From the IMG/VR virus record IMGVR_UViG_3300009164_000001, positions 19,557 through 83,556 of that record: DNA of 64,000 bases, one strand, 5' to 3'. This DNA comes from a virus. A program made the translations under genes and the position numbers. Under the pieces are notes generated by a model. It did not search any database. It had not been told where the DNA came from and saw only the letters and a program-made list of their open reading frames with translations. Shown in pieces: positions 49,865 through 56,009 of the stretch; positions within the stretch are counted from its first letter, which is position 1, and each line of letters opens with the position of its first letter.

Positions 49865-50017
49865 TTAGCTGCCACAGTATAGACAATCCTCATTATCGTC
49901 GTCATAATACCCACTGATGATTTTTTCCATCTCGGCATTAATTTGATTGTCATCCCAATCGGGGTTCTTCATCTTAACTTGGACTCTTAAAAATTGGTAT
50001 TGTTCTAGACTGTGCAT
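49865..50017 (-). CDS. 50-aa protein ending in CxxCGS
   Basis: Hand translation MHSLEQYQFLRVQVKMKNPDWDD...DDNEDCLYCGS; -7 element upstream. Confidence 0.65.
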   Translation of the reverse strand: MHSLEQYQFLRVQVKMKNPDWDDNQINAEMEKIISGYYDDDNEDCLYCGS

Positions 50018-50022
50018 GGTGA

Positions 50023-50030
50023 CAAATATA
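50023..50030 (-). promoter_or_regulatory. Bacteroidota -7 element (TATATTTG), first minus-strand promoter
   Basis: 5 nt upstream of ATG at 50017. Confidence 0.6.
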
Positions 50031-50502
50031 CATAGAAAATTGTTACCACACTATAGTAAGTAATGTCCGTTATAACTCCTAAGATTAGTTAGTTTTATAC
50101 CCTGTATGATACTTTAATGTGGTTTTTGCATATTGCAATACCTCGACGGGTACGAATTCTATGTGGAAAATATTCTCCAAAATTAGCCTTTTAGTGGAAA
50201 ATAATCCTCAATTCCTTTGCCAAACTCCGTAATAAAATGCTGCCAAACTCGGAAGTCTGCCGAATTACCTTGTATGATTTAACATGCATTAACATATAAT
50301 TTTGGGATAATGACTGATATAGCATGCAAAAGCATATAGTCGGAGTCGACAAGATGGTGAGTGTTACTCTCCAACTGAAAAAAATTTTATGGGGAAAAAT
50401 TTTAGGGGAAATTTTGTGAGAGTGGTGTCCTACAGAATCAAAGACCCCCCTAAGCATCGACGGGACAAGGTGTCCCCGTATATAACCTAATATTTCATTG
50501 CC

Positions 50503-50685
50503 ATGAAAGCAAAATTGATTTACGTGTCCAACTTAGGACAAGACAAGAACGGTGTAGATATGATGTGGGGTAGAACCTCTGAGTACATTGACTCAGCTGG
50601 TGTGTTCCATGCAGGTGCATTGGTAACGTGCTACAACTCAGACTTGTGGGACCGTTTCGTGGTGGGACTGGAGGTGCAGCTATAG
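50503..50685 (+). CDS. Hypothetical early protein
   Basis: First plus-strand ORF after the strand switch. Confidence 0.5.
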   Translation: MKAKLIYVSNLGQDKNGVDMMWGRTSEYIDSAGVFHAGALVTCYNSDLWDRFVVGLEVQL

Positions 50686-50920
50686 GCTGCCCTTCGGGGA
50701 TGATCGGAGAGCCTGAGAACAATCACGAAGTTGTAATATGACAGTCTACTTTATTGAGGTAGGCTTACAGAAATTCTCATAATTCCATACAGGGTAATTC
50801 CCCAAGGTGGTGAGGTCTAAGTTACAACTAAGTGATTGCCCACCAGCGTCTTCACCATCCAATCAATGGCTATTGACTAATGCCTACAAATTAGTCTATC
50901 AAATTATATAACACAATGTC

Positions 50921-51097
50921 ATGAAATACTTTCTATTGACTATCATCATCATTGCTATGCTTGACAGCTTTGCATTGTTGTATTTTACTGTGGTATTACT
51001 CAATCCATCAGTGTATGTAATTACATTCGTATCGTTTGTTTCTGCATTCACAGTATGGTTATTAATATTTCACATCAAAGAATTAAGAACTAAATAA
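50921..51097 (+). CDS. Small 2-TM membrane protein (58 aa)
   Basis: Hand translation MKYFLLTIIIIAMLDSF...HIKELRTK. Confidence 0.55.
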   Translation: MKYFLLTIIIIAMLDSFALLYFTVVLLNPSVYVITFVSFVSAFTVWLLIFHIKELRTK

Positions 51098-51103
51098 AAC
51101 ATT

Positions 51104-51494
51104 AACCAACAGCATTGAGGTCTGATTTATCTACATAAGTCTTTCGACTGATATGTTGTTGGTTTGTATTAATGCATCATTCCAACTTCACAAGGGTTGG
51201 CAGTTAATAGTATCACCATACCTCAGGTTGCTAGAAAAGAACCAAACTAGCAGGGCAAGAAAGTTGGGACTATTAACTGAATGCAGAGTGGTACAACATT
51301 GCAGTATTTATCTCGAATCCTCAAGAAAAGTTATAGTAGAGATAATTATTCGTGCACAGAATAGACTGTTATAAGAACGGAATAAACCATCATGAAGGGT
51401 TTGTCTGCTGCAATGTTATTTAATTTTACAATAGAAAGGACGTGATATTCGTCGTATTCCTAGGCATGAAGACAAACTGCCTTATATATTGTAA
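51104..51494 (+). ncRNA. Array of four multi-stem structured RNA elements
   Basis: Long closing stems 51104-115/51153-164, 51201-211/51269-279, 51295-305/51407-417 and 51426-433/51487-494, each with internal hairpins. Confidence 0.55.
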
Positions 51495-51515
51495 TCAATT
51501 AACCTATAAATAATC

Positions 51516-51728
51516 ATGAAAAAATCAACTGCTTATGTGCTGCTTTACTTTGCAGCAATCTTATCGATAGCTATGCTATCATCATGTAATGCACATTCTA
51601 TTGCCACTAGAGATAACAAGACTAATCCTTGTTTCTATGATGATGGTAGTGGTACAATAAAACCTAAGAACTCAACATACAGAGTTACAGAACGTTACAA
51701 CTTTGCTAATCCATTAAAACAAGATTAA
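51516..51728 (+). CDS. Putative lipoprotein
   Basis: MKK, hydrophobic stretch, LSSC lipobox. Confidence 0.6.
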   Translation: MKKSTAYVLLYFAAILSIAMLSSCNAHSIATRDNKTNPCFYDDGSGTIKPKNSTYRVTERYNFANPLKQD

Positions 51729-51730
51729 TC

Positions 51731-51943
51731 ATGAGACGACAATTCAAACAAGTTATCCGTGGTACAGCAGAATTAGCTGTTGTATTCACAATGATCTTTG
51801 TAGTTCCAGCATTACTTGCTGCGTTAGTAAACTTTAATATTGATGTGTACTTCAGTTGTGTACATCATGCAGCTTATGATGCAGTAATGTCTATCATTGG
51901 AATTATCTTCTGTTTAGTGTATACATCAATGTATCAAGACTAA
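51731..51943 (+). CDS. Small membrane protein
   Basis: Two hydrophobic segments. Confidence 0.55.
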   Translation: MRRQFKQVIRGTAELAVVFTMIFVVPALLAALVNFNIDVYFSCVHHAAYDAVMSIIGIIFCLVYTSMYQD

Positions 51944-52128
51944 TGAAGAAGTTTAAGTATCACATTCAACTCCATTGGTATTGGGAGGATAGAATATTTA
52001 TATTCATTCCTACCATTGCCTTTGGTGCTTGTTTACCAGAATATGATGATTCATATTGGCTGGCATTCATGTTTGGGCCTATGAGACTAGGCTTCAAACT
52101 AGTAGATAATAATATAACACAAGAATAA
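51943..52128 (+). CDS. Hypothetical protein
   Basis: TAATG stop/start coupling. Confidence 0.55.
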   Translation: MKKFKYHIQLHWYWEDRIFIFIPTIAFGACLPEYDDSYWLAFMFGPMRLGFKLVDNNITQE

Positions 52129-52130
52129 TT

Positions 52131-52352
52131 ATGGCAGAATTATCAATCAACAAACTCGATGATGGTATCACTGAACTCATAGTAAAATTTGAGGACAGAA
52201 GAGATAAGCCTTGGTTACCAAAAGACAGAGTTCATTTACCTCATTTTGTTAAAGATGAGGAAGGTAAACTGCTTGAAAGAGTTAAAGAAAGAGGAGTAAA
52301 CATTGCTCCTTGCACGTTTTCATTTAAGTATAAATTATGCATAAAGTCGTAA
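52131..52352 (+). CDS. Hypothetical protein
   Basis: Packed ORF. Confidence 0.55.
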   Translation: MAELSINKLDDGITELIVKFEDRRDKPWLPKDRVHLPHFVKDEEGKLLERVKERGVNIAPCTFSFKYKLCIKS

Positions 52353-52498
52353 GATATTATGCACACAGTGATGTTCAACGTAACATCATTGACAAAGAAG
52401 ATGTAATTACCATTGATGGTAAAAAGTATCTTAGAGGTGATGTACAACTCATCGAAAGACCTCTCATTAGAGTAGAGTTTCATTTAATGGAACTATAA
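52337..52498 (+). CDS. Hypothetical 53-aa protein
   Basis: Hand translation MHKVVRYYAHSDVQ...HLMEL. Confidence 0.45.
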   Translation: MHKVVRYYAHSDVQRNIIDKEDVITIDGKKYLRGDVQLIERPLIRVEFHLMEL

Positions 52499-52569
52499 CA
52501 AAATCACCTAAGCAAGTGTTGAAACTGCTTTCAAATTTGGATTTAATCATAAATCAACATATAAAAATC

Positions 52570-53175
52570 ATGAGTAACACTCTAAACAGCGGTTCATTGG
52601 CAGGTTTGTCAATGAATAGCACCTTGTTAGTCCAAGCTAGGAAAGTGAATGGACAAAAATTGCAGTTGGAATTTGCTGAGGTTCTTCAAAAAGAATCTAA
52701 TCAGTCAGTTAATCCACTTGCTATGTTTAATGCAGGTGATGACCGTTTCTCTCAAACAGGAGGAGCTCGTCGTGCTTGGTTAACAGTAGAAGCGAAAGCT
52801 GCTACGACATTGTTAGGCATTGACTTGTCTGATAACAATGATGCTTGGACTATTGATGCAATGGGACGTGAAGTTCTTCCATTGAATGTTCTTAACCCAG
52901 TAGCTATTGTTAATGGGGAAGAAATTCCATTGAAGGTAGAAGTTGCAGAGACTACTCAGCCTACTGAGTATCAGTTGAACAACATCGAAACCTCTGCTAA
53001 ACGTAGAGGTAAAGATGGTGCTTATTGCACACATCAAGGTCTGTATATCTTTGCTAACACACGTATGGCTTTCCACAAAGCTAATCACGTATTCTTAGCA
53101 ATGGATGCAGTCGAGACAAAGACTACAGGTATACCAGCTGGTATCTCTGCAGCAACAGGAGAAATCTTTAACTAA
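52570..53175 (+). CDS. Hypothetical protein, apparently highly expressed
   Basis: Likely ATG at 52570 after an A-rich leader; followed by a strong hairpin. Confidence 0.65.
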   Translation: MSNTLNSGSLAGLSMNSTLLVQARKVNGQKLQLEFAEVLQKESNQSVNPLAMFNAGDDRFSQTGGARRAWLTVEAKAATTLLGIDLSDNNDAWTIDAMGREVLPLNVLNPVAIVNGEEIPLKVEVAETTQPTEYQLNNIETSAKRRGKDGAYCTHQGLYIFANTRMAFHKANHVFLAMDAVETKTTGIPAGISAATGEIFN

Positions 53176-53214
53176 TTTTTCGATTTGATTAGTATAAAAG
53201 ATCGCTGTTAAACA

Positions 53215-53249
53215 AAAAGTGCCTAGGGGAGAAATCTCTTAGGCATTTT
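53215..53249 (+). terminator. Terminator-like hairpin
   Basis: AAAAGTGCCTAGGGGA-GAAA-TCTCTTAGGCATTTT. Confidence 0.65.
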
Positions 53250-53302
53250 AATGTACCATTCTTAGTTCCCAAGGCTAAGCAGTAACTACTGAGTACAGAG
53301 GG
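53249..53302 (+). ncRNA. Twister-like self-cleaving ribozyme candidate
   Basis: U|AA, P2 UGUA/UACA, P4 CUUAG/CUAAG with loop UUCCCAAGG, P5 hairpin, GAGGG; both pseudoknots can pair. Confidence 0.6.
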
Positions 53303-53317
53303 TTAGGTTAATGATTA

Positions 53318-53377
53318 GGCAAGTAGTACCATAGGAGAGTTGGCAATGCTCTCTTATGGCTACTGACTTGTTTTTTT
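53318..53377 (+). terminator. Long imperfect hairpin followed by a U-tract
   Basis: GGCAAGT-AGTA-CCATAGGAGAGT pairs with GCTCTCTTATGG-TACT-ACTTGTT, then TTTTT. Confidence 0.5.
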
Positions 53378-53425
53378 ATAGCAAAGATTTAATTACTAAT
53401 AAACACAATTTAAAACCAAACAATT

Positions 53426-53809
53426 ATGAAGAAAATCGTTTTTGCATTTATGTTGCTTGCTAATGTAGCAATTGCACAACCATCAGTAATTCACGGAGTT
53501 TCATTACAAACTGCTGAACTTAATGAACAAATTGATGGAGAATACACATGGAATAAAAGAATTCCTATGGATTTTGTTGTTATCATGCACAGAGACACAA
53601 TCATTATGAATTATCCTTATCAAGTTAAAACTTACTTAACTAGCGATTATAAAGAAATTGATGATGATACAGATGGATGGAAAGCAATAGATGAATCTGG
53701 TAACAATTGCTGGATATATTTAATAAGTTTTTTAGATGCAACATTCTTACGAATAGAATATGCAGATCGTGCATATTACGTAGAGCTTCAAGAGTATGAT
53801 TTAGAGTAA
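53426..53809 (+). CDS. Secreted/periplasmic hypothetical protein
   Basis: MKKIVFAFMLLANVAIA-Q signal peptide. Confidence 0.65.
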   Translation: MKKIVFAFMLLANVAIAQPSVIHGVSLQTAELNEQIDGEYTWNKRIPMDFVVIMHRDTIIMNYPYQVKTYLTSDYKEIDDDTDGWKAIDESGNNCWIYLISFLDATFLRIEYADRAYYVELQEYDLE

Positions 53810-54090
53810 TAGATAGCGTTAGGTAGAAATACCTGATGCTGTTTGTATTATCTTGCAAGATAATAATCACGACAATAGCTCCGTTGATCAGGAGATCGTA
53901 AAACACAGTAACTCCTCTGATTTATCATGAAACTGTTCTCATCGTATAGGAGATAGAGTTAGCCTACTCGACGTCGTTTAAAAAGGCAAAACTATTAGTA
54001 AACTTTAGTACCCGTTCTGAGGACGTAGGGCTAAGTAAGATACAATTCCGTCATGCAGGGAGTAGAATGCTAAAGAGCTAATAGTAAAAT

Positions 54091-54272
54091 AGTCAGGTGG
54101 CGGAATATCAATCGCGTGCGTGTGAGCTAAATAGAATGGCTAAGACCCATCGCGGGATTGATTTGGTAGACGCTAAGTGAGTTCAAACGTGTCACTGTTT
54201 AATTCAGTGTGTAGGTCGCAGGTAGGATAGTCTGCCACAATGAACGTACAGGTTCGAATCCTGTCCTGACTA
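54091..54272 (+). ncRNA. tRNA-like RNA 1 (Leu-type D-arm) with expanded D-loop and anticodon/variable region
   Basis: Acceptor AGTCAGG/CCTGACT, D-arm GCGGAAT[56 nt]TTGGTAGACGC, T-arm ACAGG-TTCGAAT-CCTGT; no encoded CCA. Confidence 0.75.
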
Positions 54273-54388
54273 CGAGGGGTGGTAACCATTTCAACAGCCC
54301 TAATAGATAGGAGGAAAAGCTTTTAGGAAGCAAGTCCAAGTTGATGGCCAAAATGTGGATGGTGACAGACGGGGAAAGACCCGTACAT

Positions 54389-54505
54389 AGTAGAGTAGTG
54401 TATTGGTACATCGGATGGTTATAGCACCGATAGCAAAAAAGCATCTGAACAAGATGTGGTCACTGTAATGGCAGCTACATAAGGGTTCGAATCCCTTCTC
54501 TTCTT
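54389..54505 (+). ncRNA. tRNA-like RNA 2 with extended anticodon and variable arms
   Basis: Acceptor AGTAGAG/CTCTTCT (6 of 7 pairs), D-arm GTGT-ATTGGT-ACAT, T-arm AAGGG-TTCGAAT-CCCTT. Confidence 0.65.
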
Positions 54506-54537
54506 CTAATTTTAAATAATAATTAACCCCTAAATTT

Positions 54538-54762
54538 ATGGCAAAAAAAGAGAAAACAATTAAAAACGAAAAAAGCCACACTTTCAAAGTGACTACGTAT
54601 TCAGATGGTTCAGTATCTATGCAGAGAGAAAACGATGGCTTTACTGCATTGGAACTATTAGGCTATACTGCACATATCCAATTGGATATTCAAGAAAGAC
54701 TTGCAAAGCTTGCTGAACCTGACAGTGTAGAAAGAACAGTTATTATACGTAAAACTAAATAA
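54538..54762 (+). CDS. Hypothetical protein
   Basis: Packed small early gene. Confidence 0.6.
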   Translation: MAKKEKTIKNEKSHTFKVTTYSDGSVSMQRENDGFTALELLGYTAHIQLDIQERLAKLAEPDSVERTVIIRKTK

Positions 54763-54764
54763 CT

Positions 54765-54974
54765 ATGATACCAAAAGAAAAAGCAGAAGAGTTGGTAAGC
54801 AAGATGCTTAAAGAAGTAGGCTATGATACAGATTTAGCCTTACCCTGTGCCTTGATAGCAGTAGATGAGATAATGAATGAATTATCTGAAATGAATTATG
54901 GTCTACAATACTTAAATAGAGTGGCGCATTGGCAAGAAGTAAAAGAAGAAATAGAAAATCTAAAAACTAAATAA
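54765..54974 (+). CDS. Conserved small Bacteroidota-phage protein
   Basis: PKEKAEELV...CALIAVDEI...WQEVKEEI pattern. Confidence 0.65.
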   Translation: MIPKEKAEELVSKMLKEVGYDTDLALPCALIAVDEIMNELSEMNYGLQYLNRVAHWQEVKEEIENLKTK

Positions 54975-54976
54975 CA

Positions 54977-55177
54977 ATGGAAAACCTCACAGTATATTCT
55001 ACAAATGGTAATCTTATTGAACATTCAAAACCTATCGTTACTATTGAGACGGAAGTAGAAATTGCAGGGCAAGGAGAACTACCAATTAAAATAATTGCAG
55101 ATTTTACAGATATTCCTGAGCATAAACATGAGCTGTTTTTTCAAGCATTCAAAATGATGTATAATATTAAACTTTAA
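54977..55177 (+). CDS. Hypothetical protein
   Basis: Preceded by the AAAACTAAATAAC leader. Confidence 0.55.
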   Translation: MENLTVYSTNGNLIEHSKPIVTIETEVEIAGQGELPIKIIADFTDIPEHKHELFFQAFKMMYNIKL

Positions 55178-55189
55178 AACTAAATAACT

Positions 55190-55360
55190 ATGGAAAAAAA
55201 GTATGTAGTAAAAGATTTTTTAACAAATCAATATTGGTCTGTTAATTCCGAATGGGATAATGAATTTGAAGCAAGATTCTTCCATTCAATTGAAGATGCT
55301 CAAGGCTTCATTAAGCATAAAGATGGTCAATTTGTAATAGAAACAATTTACATAATTTAA
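55190..55360 (+). CDS. Hypothetical 56-aa protein
   Basis: Hand translation MEKKYVVKDFLTNQYW...; same leader repeat. Confidence 0.55.
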   Translation: MEKKYVVKDFLTNQYWSVNSEWDNEFEARFFHSIEDAQGFIKHKDGQFVIETIYII

Positions 55361-55559
55361 AACCGAATAAAGATGGAAAAGAAACAAACTGCGGTTGAAT
55401 GGATTAAAAAATAAAATTATAGAAATGAAAAAACAAAATTGTATATGTATCAGATAGTTGTTTGGAATATCAAGGACATAATAGGACTAAGTCTTTTAGG
55501 CCTAATAATAGTTGTTGTTGCAATACTACTGCTAATTGCTAAAATCAAAGGAGGTAACA

Positions 55560-55796
55560 ATGACAATTAAACAATGGCTTAGTAATGCCTTTTACGATGA
55601 AGATGGACAATACTTATGGGCTAAACATTCTGATGGTAACCAACTGATTGGTGAAGTTAGAGGTTGGGGTGCATTACAACATGAGTTCAAAACTGAAGAG
55701 GAAGCAGAAGCATTTCAAGATGAGGTAGGTAAGTTTATTGCAGATGCTATTAATGAAAAAGTACAAAGAGATTTAGGAGGTCAAGATGAAAATTAA
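55560..55796 (+). CDS. Hypothetical protein
   Basis: Likely ATG at 55560 (MTIKQWL); EVRGWGAL motif. Confidence 0.6.
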   Translation: MTIKQWLSNAFYDEDGQYLWAKHSDGNQLIGEVRGWGALQHEFKTEEEAEAFQDEVGKFIADAINEKVQRDLGGQDEN

Positions 55797-55802
55797 TCAG
55801 CT

Positions 55803-56009
55803 ATGGGTTATATGAAGTGGGTAAAAGGCCTGATGGATACAGGTCGGCACACAATTCTTCGTGAGAAATACGATGAAGCAATTAAGTGTGAGTTTAAACG
55901 AATAGAATTTGACAATTCTAATCTTGATGTTACATTTGTAGGTCACGTTCTTGACTTTATTGACAAGAATGATGATGCTCATACAGCAACAAGACATGAA
56001 AAGCTCTGA
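55803..56009 (+). CDS. Hypothetical protein
   Basis: Overlaps the polA start. Confidence 0.55.
   Translation: MGYMKWVKGLMDTGRHTILREKYDEAIKCEFKRIEFDNSNLDVTFVGHVLDFIDKNDDAHTATRHEKL

Noticed and set aside
53917-53933. Hammerhead core (CTGATTTATCATGAAAC)
   Set aside because: CUGANGA is not matched and stem II is missing
54091-54272. tmRNA or a canonical tRNA-Leu/Sec
   Set aside because: Has a D-stem, no G3-U70 pair and no tag ORF; the anticodon arm is not in canonical position
54273-54388. HDV-like (theta) ribozyme after the tRNA-like RNA
   Set aside because: No P3/L3 element or J4/2 catalytic C arrangement could be built
53046-55938. Intragenic TAnnTTTG matches (e.g. 53046, 55931)
   Set aside because: The motif is expected dozens of times by chance in AT-rich DNA; only intergenic or start-adjacent copies were kept
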